Source: an uncultured Saprospiraceae bacterium
GTDB taxonomy: Bacteria > Bacteroidota > Bacteroidia > Chitinophagales > Saprospiraceae
Length of the DNA: 64,000 nucleotides
Reading direction: 5' to 3'
Assembly (NCBI GenBank): GCA_964525915.1
Contig: CAZGKN010000002.1
Location: 1,194-65,193 of the forward strand
The translations under genes were made by a program, and so were the position numbers. This document shows, in pieces, positions 39,248 through 49,726 of the stretch; within the stretch, counting starts at the first letter, position 1; each line of letters opens with the position of its first letter. The notes beneath the pieces were generated by a model, which made no database searches, was not told the DNA's origin, and saw nothing but the letters and a program-made list of their open reading frames with translations.

Positions 39248-41911
39248 TTAGTTTACCTTGATTATTTTACCTATAAACACTGCATTGTTTGAGCAAATTT
39301 TCAGGAAATGTACACCGACAGGTAATAATCCGGTATTTATACTGTAATTCTTGCTGTCAATTTTTGTATAATCTGCCTTCAGGATTTCACCTGTTGTACT
39401 CATAAATTCAAACCGCAGATTCCGGCTTGTTTGTTCGGCTTCAAATTTGATCAGGAGCTGATTTTTGACCGGGTTCGGATAGAATGTAATTGATTGATTG
39501 TCTATCTCAGTAAAATTTGCTGCAGGTTTAATGACTATAGGTTCAAAAGTTACCTTGCACCCTTTGGAGTCAGTTACCTGTAGTACATAGGTGCCTTTTG
39601 GCAAACCGAAAATATCCCGTGAAGTAGCAAATTGGATACCATCTTTTGTCCATTTATATAGATAGGGTGGAGTACCACCAAGGACAATTAAAGAAATCGA
39701 ACCATTAGTTCCTGTTCCCGGATCGACTGCAAGATTTGTATAATCTATCATCGTAGGATCCACTAATTGAAACTGTGCATGCGCAGTACATCCGGCTGTG
39801 TCAGTCACTACGACTTCATATAAACCTGCTTTTAAGTTTCCGGCACATTGTTCGAAACTTTGATTTGACCAGGCAAACGTAACATCACCTAAATTATTGG
39901 TGAAATCAGCACAAAGAATAGCCTGGGCCTGACCGGGACAATCGTTTGATGCATTAATGTTAATACTGGCAGTAATCTGGCAGTTGTAACTATTGACTGT
40001 GAAACTGACTTCCTGCGTACATCCTTTATTATCTTTTACTTCTACAGTATAAAATCCGGGAGGGAACCCAGGAATAATGATCTTACTGGCATCGACGTAC
40101 GTGGTACCTTTGTATTCAATCGAATAAGGTTGATTGCCGCCATTAATAATGAACGTGACAGTCCCTGTCGGATTGTCCGGGCCTGTGGGTTGCAATATGG
40201 AATAAGTAATCTGGAATGGGTCCGGTTCTTCAAGTAATATGCTTGCTACCTCAGAACAATTTGTATTGTCTGTGACTGTAACTGTATAAAGTCCGGCAGG
40301 AACATTCATCAGATTGGCTTCAGTGCTGCCATTTGACCAGGTATAGTAATAGGGCTCTACACCAGGTACATCGAATACTGGAAATACACCACCGTCACTT
40401 TCACCATGGCAGGATACAGGTACCGTCACCAAATGGATCTCTAAGGCGCAGTTATCAGCTTCTACATATCCTTCCGCTGTAGAAGTACAACCTTTATCGT
40501 CAGTTACTGTGACATAATAGAAGCCGGAAGCCAGACCAGTGATGTGTGCTGTAGAATCACCTGTACTCCATGCATATGTAAATGGTTCGACTCCATTCTC
40601 TACAATTGCTGTTGCCGTTCCATCCATCATACCAAAGTTCTCCGGACTGGTCTGAACTGTAGTGATGATCGCATCCGGTTCTGTGATGACTGTCGAATCC
40701 TCAACTGAACATAAGGTACTGTCCACCACAGTAACGTAATATTTTCCAGCGACCAGGTTGTTAATCTGTGTGTTGTGAGAACCGGTGGACCAGGTGTAAG
40801 AGTAAGGAGGATTGCCATTATCAGCGATTACACTGGCTCTGCCATCATGGCCACCATTACAGGTGACATTTCTTTTAATCAGGATGGTGTTTATCCTGGG
40901 GGCTTGTAATATTTCTGTGCTATCGATGATGTAACATCCCCGTTTATCTGTGACCGTTACTGAGTAAACGCCTGCAGGCAGACTGCTTTGACCCTGTGTC
41001 ATAGCACCATTATTCCAAAAATAAGAATAAGGTTCCGTGCCACCTATTACTGAAGCAAAGACGGTTCCTGTATGATCACCATTACAGGTGATATCTGTTT
41101 TTGATATCTGAATAGTCAAAGGTAGTGGTTCAGGAATATAGACAGCAGCCTGGTTTGTACATCCACTGGCATCAGTTACTGTGACCAGATACGAGCCTAC
41201 GCCCACATTATTGAGTAAACTATCTGTATCACCATTGCTCCACAGAATATCATAAGGTGGAAGTCCACTCGTGATATGCACGACCGCATTTCCGTCATGC
41301 TTGCTATTGCAACTGATAGAGTCGATTAATTCTGTCTGAAGTACCGGAAATCCCTCAGAGAAAATTTCAAATTGCTCCTCATATACACACCCATGGGCAT
41401 CATGCACTCTATGCGTATAAATGCCGGGTTGGTTTATATTGATGGATTGAGTAGTGTCGATGTTTGTGTTAGGGAACACCCATTCATAGGTATAGGGCGA
41501 TGTGCCACCAAAGGGATTGGATGTCGCAATTATTAATCGTTGACTACAGGTTAGTAAACTATCACTAAGATCTAAATGGGTCTGCAGTACCTGAGGATCG
41601 ACCAACTCTACAGAACCAGAACCAGTGGTTCCATTGAAGTCAGTTACCGTGACCAGATAATTGCCAGCAGTCAGTCCGCTAATCGTGTCATTGAACTGAC
41701 CGGTGTTCCATTGATAAGTGTAGGGTGGAGTGCCATCAGTCGTAGAAACTGAAATTGAACCATCCGCGTATGAATTACAGGAAGGGTCCACCTTTTCAAA
41801 CGTCAATTGTAATTGCGCATGCAGCGAAATATTTACCAGCATCAGGCAAAAAAATAGTGGTAAAACGCTTATATGTTTAGTAAAAAATTTATCCATACAC
41901 CAAATTTTCAA
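39248..41911 (-). CDS. SprB-repeat cell-surface protein with T9SS type-A C-terminal sorting domain
   Basis: About 9 repeats of a ~75-aa unit (C..DG.A.V...GG..PY.Y.WS.G......L.AG.Y.VTVTD..GC). C-terminus FYPNPVKNQLLIKF...GVHFLKI..GKIIKVN. The second Met at 41896 may be the real start, because a -7 box sits at 41914-41921. Confidence 0.8.
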   Translation of the reverse strand: MKIWCMDKFFTKHISVLPLFFCLMLVNISLHAQLQLTFEKVDPSCNSYADGSISVSTTDGTPPYTYQWNTGQFNDTISGLTAGNYLVTVTDFNGTTGSGSVELVDPQVLQTHLDLSDSLLTCSQRLIIATSNPFGGTSPYTYEWVFPNTNIDTTQSININQPGIYTHRVHDAHGCVYEEQFEIFSEGFPVLQTELIDSISCNSKHDGNAVVHITSGLPPYDILWSNGDTDSLLNNVGVGSYLVTVTDASGCTNQAAVYIPEPLPLTIQISKTDITCNGDHTGTVFASVIGGTEPYSYFWNNGAMTQGQSSLPAGVYSVTVTDKRGCYIIDSTEILQAPRINTILIKRNVTCNGGHDGRASVIADNGNPPYSYTWSTGSHNTQINNLVAGKYYVTVVDSTLCSVEDSTVITEPDAIITTVQTSPENFGMMDGTATAIVENGVEPFTYAWSTGDSTAHITGLASGFYYVTVTDDKGCTSTAEGYVEADNCALEIHLVTVPVSCHGESDGGVFPVFDVPGVEPYYYTWSNGSTEANLMNVPAGLYTVTVTDNTNCSEVASILLEEPDPFQITYSILQPTGPDNPTGTVTFIINGGNQPYSIEYKGTTYVDASKIIIPGFPPGFYTVEVKDNKGCTQEVSFTVNSYNCQITASININASNDCPGQAQAILCADFTNNLGDVTFAWSNQSFEQCAGNLKAGLYEVVVTDTAGCTAHAQFQLVDPTMIDYTNLAVDPGTGTNGSISLIVLGGTPPYLYKWTKDGIQFATSRDIFGLPKGTYVLQVTDSKGCKVTFEPIVIKPAANFTEIDNQSITFYPNPVKNQLLIKFEAEQTSRNLRFEFMSTTGEILKADYTKIDSKNYSINTGLLPVGVHFLKICSNNAVFIGKIIKVN

Positions 41912-41913
41912 AT

Positions 41914-41921
41914 CAAATTTA
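41914..41921 (-). promoter_or_regulatory. candidate -7 box (TAAATTTG on minus strand) for SprB-repeat gene
   Basis: Plus-strand caaattta is the reverse complement of TAnnTTTG. It is 18 nt upstream of the internal Met codon at 41896. Confidence 0.3.
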
Positions 41922-41999
41922 ATATAAAATATTGGAAATCAGAATAGAATGAAATGCATTTATGATTGATAAATATACTACAAATATTGTTCCACTTTT

Positions 42000-43712
42000 T
42001 TAATCTCCCATGATAGAGCCATCACTCTTTAATGTATCTGTTCCTCCCTGCAATGTGCCGTCTGGTAATCTTTTGATACAATTTAGTTTTCCCAGGGGCG
42101 TATATTTCATAATGTGTCCTAATTTTTTCAGTGAATCGACCACTGCAGGTGAAAGTGACTGGTCATAATATACCTCATCCGGCATCCACTGACTATGGAT
42201 CTTTGGTGCAGACACCGCTGCCTGCATTGACATGTTGAAAGCCATGATATTCATGGCAGCCTGCATCACCACGGTAGGGATAGTAGATCCACCAGGTGTG
42301 CCCAGTACGGCGTATAAATCCTTATCCTTCATAATGATAGTAGGTGTCATATTACTCAGCATTCGTTTGCCGCCCACTATTTCGTTCATTTTACCACCAA
42401 CCATGCCAAATTGATTCGCTTTGCCGATTTCGATCGTAAAGTCATTCATTTCATTATTTAGCAGGAATCCGGCTCCGTCAGCTACCAGTTTGGATCCATA
42501 GTTTCCATTGAGTGTGGTCGTGATTGCAACAGCATTTCCCCAACGATCTACAACTGAAAAGTGGGTAGTTTCAAAACTCTCGATGCTGACCTTTGTCGAT
42601 GGATTAATTGCCGATGAGGGAGTTGCTAATGGTCCAATGTCTTTATATTTTTTTTCCAAAAAGAGGGGTGAAAGTAATTTATCAACCGGGACAAAATTAA
42701 AATCGGGATCACCAAAGAATTCAGCTCTGTCTGCATAAGTCCGACGTTGGATTTCTATCAGATAATGCAAGTAATCGGTACTGTTAAATCCTTTTTTATC
42801 AATATTCAGAAAATCAGCACCGAAGAGCATCTGAAGTAACATAACACCACCAGCAGAAGGTGGGGGCATGGTGATAATGGTATAGTCCTTATAATAACCT
42901 TTCAGCGCATCGCGCCATACCGAAGTGTAGCGTTGCAGGTCATTTTTGCGCATGATGCCATGTCGTATTTTGATTGTACGGATTAGTTTATCCGCAGTCG
43001 GCCCGTCATAAAATCCCTCACGGCCATTGTCACGGATCAGTTTAAGCGTGTTTGCCAGATCAGTCTGAATGAACAGATCACCGGCTTTCCAATGTTTTGT
43101 GCCGAAAACAGTAGGTGAGATAGAGACACTGTCTATGATCCGCGAATATTCGTTCATGTGGGCAGCCTCTTGCTCTGTCAGTATCACTCCTTTTTCAGCC
43201 AGATTAATCGCCGGTTGGATTAGTTGCCGCCAATCGAGTTTACCTTTTTTTACGTGCATTTTCCACATGCCATCTACAGTACCCGGTACTCCGACTGCAT
43301 AACTTCCGATCAGACTGGCCTGATAATTTACACGATTTTCCTCCTCATAATAGAGTTTTGGAAAAGCGCTGATCGGTGCCACTTCCCGAAAGTCTAATGC
43401 ACCATTTCTACCATTAGCTTCATGAAAGACAGCAAATCCTCCTCCACCAATATTACCTGCTCTGGGATAAACCACTGCCAGGGCAAACTGTACTGCTATG
43501 GCTGCATCAAAGGCATTGCCTCCTTCTTTCAGGATGTCAAAACCCACTTTTGAAGCAGCAGGATGAGTGCTGACCACCATCTGGTGCGGGTCGGCAGGTA
43601 TTACTGCGGTTTGCTTGCAAGCGGGTAATAAAGCGAATGATGTAAGTACGATAAATACAAGAAAAGTGGTCAATTTGTTTCCTGTACTAGAATTCTTTAT
43701 CTTAACGGACAT
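42000..43712 (-). CDS. ggt: gamma-glutamyltransferase
   Basis: Signal peptide, GNAFDAAIA, GGGGF and the autoprocessing nucleophile context ETTHFSVVD. Confidence 0.92.
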   Translation of the reverse strand: MSVKIKNSSTGNKLTTFLVFIVLTSFALLPACKQTAVIPADPHQMVVSTHPAASKVGFDILKEGGNAFDAAIAVQFALAVVYPRAGNIGGGGFAVFHEANGRNGALDFREVAPISAFPKLYYEEENRVNYQASLIGSYAVGVPGTVDGMWKMHVKKGKLDWRQLIQPAINLAEKGVILTEQEAAHMNEYSRIIDSVSISPTVFGTKHWKAGDLFIQTDLANTLKLIRDNGREGFYDGPTADKLIRTIKIRHGIMRKNDLQRYTSVWRDALKGYYKDYTIITMPPPSAGGVMLLQMLFGADFLNIDKKGFNSTDYLHYLIEIQRRTYADRAEFFGDPDFNFVPVDKLLSPLFLEKKYKDIGPLATPSSAINPSTKVSIESFETTHFSVVDRWGNAVAITTTLNGNYGSKLVADGAGFLLNNEMNDFTIEIGKANQFGMVGGKMNEIVGGKRMLSNMTPTIIMKDKDLYAVLGTPGGSTIPTVVMQAAMNIMAFNMSMQAAVSAPKIHSQWMPDEVYYDQSLSPAVVDSLKKLGHIMKYTPLGKLNCIKRLPDGTLQGGTDTLKSDGSIMGD

Positions 43713-43752
43713 AAATAACGAAATTTTTTAATACAATTCTCCGTTTAAACGG

Positions 43753-43760
43753 TACTTTTG
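43753..43760 (+). promoter_or_regulatory. candidate -7 box TACTTTTG
   Basis: Exact TAnnTTTG, 23 nt upstream of the ATG at 43783. Confidence 0.4.
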
Positions 43761-43782
43761 TAAAGTAAATATCCCATTTTTT

Positions 43783-44871
43783 ATGAGAATGAAGAAATAT
43801 TGGTTGTTGCTAAGTTGCATATTCATTGTTTCTTATAGCTTCGGTCAGGTAAAATACAGTAACGAATTCTTATCGATTGGTGTGGGAGCGCGCTCTTTCG
43901 GGATGGGTGGCGCAGTAGCTTCATCAGTCAATGACGTCACTTCCAATTTTTGGAATCCAGCTGGTCTGGCAGGAATAGAATCAGGTCTGCAACTGGGAGC
44001 TATGCACGCACTGTGGTTTTCTGGCGTAGGTAATTATGACTATATCGGTGTAGCCAAGCCGCTGAATGATCACAAAAGCGCTTTGTCTCTTGGTGTGATT
44101 CGGTTTGGCATTGATGGCATACCAAATACCCTGGATTTATTGGGACCAGATGGCTCTATAAACTATGATAATATCCGCGAATTTAGTGCGGTGGATTACG
44201 GCATCATAGGCTCGTATGCGCGCATGTTGAATAATCCGGCCTGGCGGGTAGGTGGAAGTGTAAAAGTAGTGCATCGGGCTATTGGCAGTTTTGCGAAATC
44301 TATTGGCTTCGGTTTGGATCTGGGCATACAGCATGTAGGCGAAAAATGGAGCTGGGGTGTGATGGGTAAAGATATCAGTACGACATTCAACAGTTGGAAA
44401 GCGACATTCACTGAACAGGAAAAACAAGTGCTTCAAGCTACAGGTAATGATATTCTGATCAAGGGTACAGAGATTACTAATCCATCTTTTATCCTGGCGG
44501 GCGGCCTGAAAAGCAAACTGGGCAATAATATTCACCTCTTGACTGAACTCAATATCGATATGACTACCGATGGCAAACGAAATGTCTTACTCAGCACTGA
44601 TCCACTGAGTTTTAATCCACATCTGGGTCTGGAGCTTGATTACAAAGAGGCTTTCTTCCTGCGGGCTGGACTCAATAATCTACAACAAGTAATCGATGAG
44701 ACTGATGTGAATAAGAAGAACTGGACCATACAACCTAACTTTGGTATTGGGATTAAAATCGGCCCGGTAATTGTTGATTATGCACTGGCCAATATCGGTA
44801 ATGTCGCTGATACCCGACTGTCCCATATTTTCTCACTACGACTGGATTTTAAACAAAAGACTGCTGAGTAA
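43783..44871 (+). CDS. PorV/PorQ-like (UPF0164-type) outer-membrane beta-barrel protein
   Basis: Signal peptide followed by FLSIGVGARSFGMGGAVASS..NPAGLAG, the N-terminal signature I associate with T9SS PorV/PorQ-family barrels. 362 aa. Confidence 0.5.
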   Translation: MRMKKYWLLLSCIFIVSYSFGQVKYSNEFLSIGVGARSFGMGGAVASSVNDVTSNFWNPAGLAGIESGLQLGAMHALWFSGVGNYDYIGVAKPLNDHKSALSLGVIRFGIDGIPNTLDLLGPDGSINYDNIREFSAVDYGIIGSYARMLNNPAWRVGGSVKVVHRAIGSFAKSIGFGLDLGIQHVGEKWSWGVMGKDISTTFNSWKATFTEQEKQVLQATGNDILIKGTEITNPSFILAGGLKSKLGNNIHLLTELNIDMTTDGKRNVLLSTDPLSFNPHLGLELDYKEAFFLRAGLNNLQQVIDETDVNKKNWTIQPNFGIGIKIGPVIVDYALANIGNVADTRLSHIFSLRLDFKQKTAE

Positions 44872-44881
44872 AATCAGGTTC

Positions 44882-45520
44882 TTACTGTAAAAACGGATTA
44901 TACTTCCGCTCGAAACTGATACTGGTGGCTTCACCATGACCATTGTAGATAATTGTCTCATCCGGAAGCGTCATCAATTGTTTCTCGATGCTGTCAATAA
45001 GCACCCGGTAACTACCACCGGGTAAATCAGTACGACCTATACTGCCATTGAAAAGTACATCACCTACGATGCAAAATGATTCCTCCGGACAATACAGACT
45101 AACCGAACCCGGAGAATGGCCGGGTGTGAGCAAAACCTGAAACTCAGTGATGCCAAAGCTAATCGTATCCGCTGCATTGATGAAACGCTCACAGGCTGGT
45201 GGTTGTGTTACTTCCATATCATACATCTGGGCTATAGATTGTAGAGCATGCACGAGGGGAAGTTCATCTCTGTGATATTCCGGCAAGAGTCCATACTGTT
45301 GATAGACATAGTCCAGACCAAAGACGTGATCGATATGACAATGAGTACAAATGATTCGTACCGGTTTAAGTTGATTCTGGCTTATGTATTTATTAAGTTG
45401 AGCATCTTCAGCCGCATTACTGTTGCCCGGATCGATAATGATACATTCATTACTCTGGTCAAAGATGACGTAGGTATTTTCTGAAAAAGGGTTAAAAACG
45501 AAAGGATATATAGTTACCAT
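44882..45520 (-). CDS. MBL-fold metallo-hydrolase (glyoxalase II-like)
   Basis: THCHIDH zinc motif, TPGHSPGS, and a later GD..F/H pattern. 212 aa. Confidence 0.85.
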   Translation of the reverse strand: MVTIYPFVFNPFSENTYVIFDQSNECIIIDPGNSNAAEDAQLNKYISQNQLKPVRIICTHCHIDHVFGLDYVYQQYGLLPEYHRDELPLVHALQSIAQMYDMEVTQPPACERFINAADTISFGITEFQVLLTPGHSPGSVSLYCPEESFCIVGDVLFNGSIGRTDLPGGSYRVLIDSIEKQLMTLPDETIIYNGHGEATSISFERKYNPFLQ

Positions 45521-45622
45521 TAGGTCTTTCTCGTTAAATTAGAGTATTATTATGCTTTATACTTTCATGTACAAATATGAAAAAATTATTTAATATATAA
45601 AAGTTTAATATAAATTTTTTAT

Positions 45623-48600
45623 ATGTATTTTAAAAAGTCATCATGGTATCGGACTATTCTGATTTTCATACTGACCGGGTCAATAGTTAGTGTGAATGCG
45701 CAGGTTAGTGATGTGCAGTTTGGTAAGAACAGGATCCAGTATCACGATGATTTTGATCAGTGGTTGTATTACGACTCACCCTTAATTACTGTTTATTGGT
45801 ATGGTAAATCACGCGCTGTAGGTGAGAAAGTAGTGCGGATAGCTGAGCAAGAGTTTAAAGATATCATCCGCACGCTGGATTTCAAGACCAATGAAAAGAC
45901 AGAGTTCCTGGTATTTGCTGATGTGTCTGATATGAAACAGAGTAACATCGGCCATGATGATGCATTTACTTTTCAGGATGGACTGACGCATACAGAAGAG
46001 AATAAGGTGTTTATCCATTTCGATGGCAATCACAATCACCTGCGCCGACAGATTCGCGAAGGGATCGCTTCCGTGTATATCAATAACATTCTTTTTGGCT
46101 CGAATCTTCAGGAAATAGTACAGAATTCGATCATGCTTAATCTGCCTGAATGGTACAAGACAGGCCTGATTTCCTATTGTGGCCGGAAATGGGGTACAGA
46201 CCTGGAGCTGCGACTGCGGTATTTACTCTCGAAGCGGAGAATATCTTCTTTCGAACGACTTGCTAAGGAAGATCCTTTAATAGCCGGTCATATCTTCTGG
46301 AACTATCTGGATATAAATTTCGGCCGGAGTACGATCGGTAATCTGGTCTATGTGACCCGGATAAATCGTAATCTGAAGCGCGCATTTCAGTATGCACTGG
46401 GTGAATCGTATGATGATTTTCTGGAGAAAGTTTTTACGTATTATAAGGATAGTTACAGTCCGCTGAAGATCAATGCAAGACAATCGAAGCAAGACCGTTT
46501 GATCAAACTGAAGAAAGGTGAACAAGTCACTGCACTGGCCTACAGTCCGGATGGTACGAAATTGGCATGTGCTGTAAATAACCTGGGCAAAGTGCGGATT
46601 TATTCTATCGATGTATTAAGTGGTAAGAAGAAAAAATTGTACAGCTATGGTGTGAAAAATACCATTCAACCGCCCGATCTGCAATACCCTGCTTTTGCCT
46701 GGGATGAATCATCGACTCATTTAGTCTGTACTTACGAACGATTAGATCAGATTTATATCCGGGAATTTCCACTGACGAAGCAGCATAAATCATCTCGGGT
46801 CTGGATCGTACCCAAGCGATTTCAGCGCATTTATCATATTGCCTGGTGGGATAAAAACTCATTAATCTTAAATGCGAATTCTGTCGGAAGCAGTGATATC
46901 TATTGGTTTGATCTCAGAACCAGACAGAGTTTCCCTATCCTGGAAGACCCATTTGATGATCTGGACGCCATTGTGACTAATTACAAAGGTGAAAAATGCA
47001 TCTTATTTTCATCCAATCGCAAGAATGTAAACCGCGACAAAATAGACAGCGACAGCCTGTTGCCGGTAGGGAATTTTGATTTGTATATGCTGGCACCTGT
47101 GGGAGTTATCAATAAGGATAGCCCATGGGAGATGAAACAAATAACCGATACACCGGGATATTCAGAATGGGCACCCGCAGTCGATGAAAACTCCGGCAAG
47201 TTGAGTTACATGACTAATGCATGGGTAGGCAATGGCATTGAGACAGTTTCATTGTCGAAGGGGAAGGGAGACCGTCCGGCAGTCTTCCAACGTGATGTTG
47301 TGTTATCTGCATTTGCCTGGTCTTCTGTCAGTAATCAGGCAGTATTCTGTGGTTTTGATGGCTTAAAGAAAGTAGCAGTAAAGGTCCCGGGCAATTTATT
47401 TCTCGAAGGCAATGTTAATCCAAGCCCTGAGGCTGAACGAACCCGGTTCATCTCCGACATAGAGGATCCATCGCTTCGGCAAAATTCCAAAAATAAGTCA
47501 ATAAGTACAGCCCGTGACTCAATTCCTGAAGATCAGAAATTTATCACCCGCTGGCCGGATATCATGATCGATAAAAGCAGTCAGGAAGAGGGCAAATCTG
47601 CAAAACCGGCACTGATTGCTGCTACCCAATATATGCAGCCCCTAAATCGACTTAAAATCATCCCTTATCGCTTGCAGTTTCGAATTGAAGACTCTGGCGT
47701 ACGCTTTGATAATACCCCGTTGTTTGACGGTTTGACAGCTTATACCGGATCCGGTGGAGATGGCCTCTTGTCGCCGGTAGGATTGTTGTTGTTTGGTAAA
47801 TTAATGGATAAGTTTGATGATTATCAGTTGGAAGGAGGTATCAGAATTCCTGTTTCACTAAATGGAAATGAGACTTACCTTACTTATACTGACCGGAAAC
47901 ACCGGTTGGACCAGAAAGTCTCATTGTATCGTAAGACTTCCAGTGAGCGACAGGATCAGGTTATTCAGACAGCGATCAATAAGAATATCATCCTTTTAGG
48001 TCAATATGAGGTAAAGTATCCCATCGATATTTTCAATGCAGTCACACTCAGTGCTACGCTGCGACAGGACAAAACCATTTTCAAAGCTACAGAGAGCCAA
48101 AGTCTCGATTCTGCCTCAGTTTCTATCGAACGTATTGGCCTGCGGGCGACCTATGTCATCGACAATACTATGGAGGAATCACTGAATCTCCTGAATGGCA
48201 CCCGGGCTAAGGTGTTTGCCGAGTGGCAGAAGAAATTCGATCTGCAAATAGGCGATTCCTGGGGCTTTTCTTTTAATAAAGGAAACATGCTGGTCGTAGG
48301 ATTGGATGCACGTCAGTATATTCCGCTGGACAGAAATACAATACTGGCTGGTCGCCTGGCTGCACAATCTTCTTTTGGAAGTGAACAGATCCTGTATTAT
48401 CTGGGGGGTGTGCAAAACTGGCTTTTCCCTTCTTTCAATAATTTCACGCGTATCGATGAGAACGCCAACTATGCCTACCGGATGCCGGCACCCAATCTGC
48501 GAGGCTTCCAGTATAATATACGCAATGGTAACAGCTTTGCATTGACAAATATAGAATTGCGCGTACCCATTTTCAGATATCTGAGCTATGGAACGATCCG

Positions 48601-48889
48601 TTCTGCTTTTTTACGAAATTTCCAACTGAATTTTTTTGCTGATGCAGGCACAGCCTGGAATGGTGTAAGCCCATTTTCAAAATACAATCCATTGAATACG
48701 ACGATTATTAGTCAGAAAGATATCGAAGTAAAGGTCAATTACTTCCGTAATCCCATCGTCTATGGATACGGTGTAGGCGCACGGATATTGCTCTTCGGGT
48801 ATTTCGTCCGGCTGGATTATGCCTGGGGCTATGACTCCGGAAATATCAGCCCACCGAGGTTTTATATCAGTTTCGGGACAGATTTTTAA
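45623..48889 (+). CDS. large outer-membrane protein: N-terminal soluble domain, PD40/TolB-like beta-propeller region, C-terminal Omp85 (surface antigen)-type barrel
   Basis: Signal peptide. PD40-like LAYSPDGTKLA units. C-terminal LGG..NLRGFQY...ELRVPIF...FFADAGTAWNG...YGVGARI pattern ending ..ISFGTDF. Confidence 0.5.
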   Translation: MYFKKSSWYRTILIFILTGSIVSVNAQVSDVQFGKNRIQYHDDFDQWLYYDSPLITVYWYGKSRAVGEKVVRIAEQEFKDIIRTLDFKTNEKTEFLVFADVSDMKQSNIGHDDAFTFQDGLTHTEENKVFIHFDGNHNHLRRQIREGIASVYINNILFGSNLQEIVQNSIMLNLPEWYKTGLISYCGRKWGTDLELRLRYLLSKRRISSFERLAKEDPLIAGHIFWNYLDINFGRSTIGNLVYVTRINRNLKRAFQYALGESYDDFLEKVFTYYKDSYSPLKINARQSKQDRLIKLKKGEQVTALAYSPDGTKLACAVNNLGKVRIYSIDVLSGKKKKLYSYGVKNTIQPPDLQYPAFAWDESSTHLVCTYERLDQIYIREFPLTKQHKSSRVWIVPKRFQRIYHIAWWDKNSLILNANSVGSSDIYWFDLRTRQSFPILEDPFDDLDAIVTNYKGEKCILFSSNRKNVNRDKIDSDSLLPVGNFDLYMLAPVGVINKDSPWEMKQITDTPGYSEWAPAVDENSGKLSYMTNAWVGNGIETVSLSKGKGDRPAVFQRDVVLSAFAWSSVSNQAVFCGFDGLKKVAVKVPGNLFLEGNVNPSPEAERTRFISDIEDPSLRQNSKNKSISTARDSIPEDQKFITRWPDIMIDKSSQEEGKSAKPALIAATQYMQPLNRLKIIPYRLQFRIEDSGVRFDNTPLFDGLTAYTGSGGDGLLSPVGLLLFGKLMDKFDDYQLEGGIRIPVSLNGNETYLTYTDRKHRLDQKVSLYRKTSSERQDQVIQTAINKNIILLGQYEVKYPIDIFNAVTLSATLRQDKTIFKATESQSLDSASVSIERIGLRATYVIDNTMEESLNLLNGTRAKVFAEWQKKFDLQIGDSWGFSFNKGNMLVVGLDARQYIPLDRNTILAGRLAAQSSFGSEQILYYLGGVQNWLFPSFNNFTRIDENANYAYRMPAPNLRGFQYNIRNGNSFALTNIELRVPIFRYLSYGTIRSAFLRNFQLNFFADAGTAWNGVSPFSKYNPLNTTIISQKDIEVKVNYFRNPIVYGYGVGARILLFGYFVRLDYAWGYDSGNISPPRFYISFGTDF

Positions 48890-48925
48890 AGGTTTAATGG
48901 CAAGCAGTTATACAAAATGGACTAG

Positions 48926-48996
48926 GAAATGACCATCTGATATCCTTTTTTGACCCCTTCACCCTTTCTTGGACAAGGATATCAAATGGTCATTTC
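48926..48996. repeat. long palindromic element (22-bp arms, 27-nt spacer), copy 1
   Basis: Arm gaaatgaccatctgatatcctt (48926-48947) and arm aaggatatcaaatggtcatttc (48975-48996), 21/22 complementary. A degenerate second copy lies at 53873-53973. Confidence 0.85.
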
Positions 48997-49051
48997 TTCA
49001 TGCGACTGGTATATTGGAATTGGCTAAATTAATATCCGATTAAATTAATTT

Positions 49052-49471
49052 TTATAATTGATACAAGCTCTTTAAAAATTCATCTGCAGTCATTGTTGGT
49101 AATAATGATTTTTTAAAATCTTTTCCGTTTCTGGTTATTATTATATCACAATTTGATTCTGTAGCACTACAATATTGTAACGCATCTTCAAAGTCTTTCA
49201 TTGGCGAGTTTAGTCCTTTTTCAATCGTTTGTCCATTCAATACACTTATTTCACTGATGATTTTAAACTTCCTTAATTTATCTTTTGCGATTTCTGAGTT
49301 TTCATATTTTGAAAGAAAATAACTTACCGTGGCAAATGAAATAGGTGAAACTACCATTGTTAATTTTTTCTTTTCTGCCAGTGTCGCAATTTTTGCAATT
49401 GAATCATAGAAAGGGCTTCGTTCACCAAGTAAATCCAACATTATATTTGTATCTATAAAAATTCTCTTCAT
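49052..49471 (-). CDS. PIN-domain type II toxin (VapC-like)
   Basis: 139 aa. N-terminal IFIDTNIMLDLL (first PIN acidic residue) and later acidic residues. 4-nt overlap with the upstream small gene. Confidence 0.82.
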   Translation of the reverse strand: MKRIFIDTNIMLDLLGERSPFYDSIAKIATLAEKKKLTMVVSPISFATVSYFLSKYENSEIAKDKLRKFKIISEISVLNGQTIEKGLNSPMKDFEDALQYCSATESNCDIIITRNGKDFKKSLLPTMTADEFLKSLYQL

Positions 49472-49716
49472 TTATATTTTTTCATTAAATGATTAGCATA
49501 TTCTTTTTTATAGTCAATATGTGTCGGAATTTCAACACCTGTTGAAATACTTTTAACAAAAGGAGAGATTCCAAAATCCGGATTTTCTTTTTCGGAAGTC
49601 AGTGATTGCAGATAAGCTTCAATGATTCGAGAAAGGCTCATCTGTTTATTCGATGCATATTTTTTTGCCTTCTCGATAACTCTTTGGTTTAATTTTATCG
49701 TCAATTTAGTATCCAT
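49468..49716 (-). CDS. cognate antitoxin (small DNA-binding protein)
   Basis: 82 aa, translationally coupled to the PIN gene. N-terminal beta-alpha-alpha pattern (KLTIKLNQRVIEKAKKYA). Confidence 0.62.
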   Translation of the reverse strand: MDTKLTIKLNQRVIEKAKKYASNKQMSLSRIIEAYLQSLTSEKENPDFGISPFVKSISTGVEIPTHIDYKKEYANHLMKKYK

Positions 49717-49726
49717 GATTTTGGTT

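Noticed and set aside
39248-41911. Regular ~225-nt periodicity of similar DNA segments
   Set aside because: These are coding repeats of the SprB-type domain, not a CRISPR array or non-coding tandem repeat.
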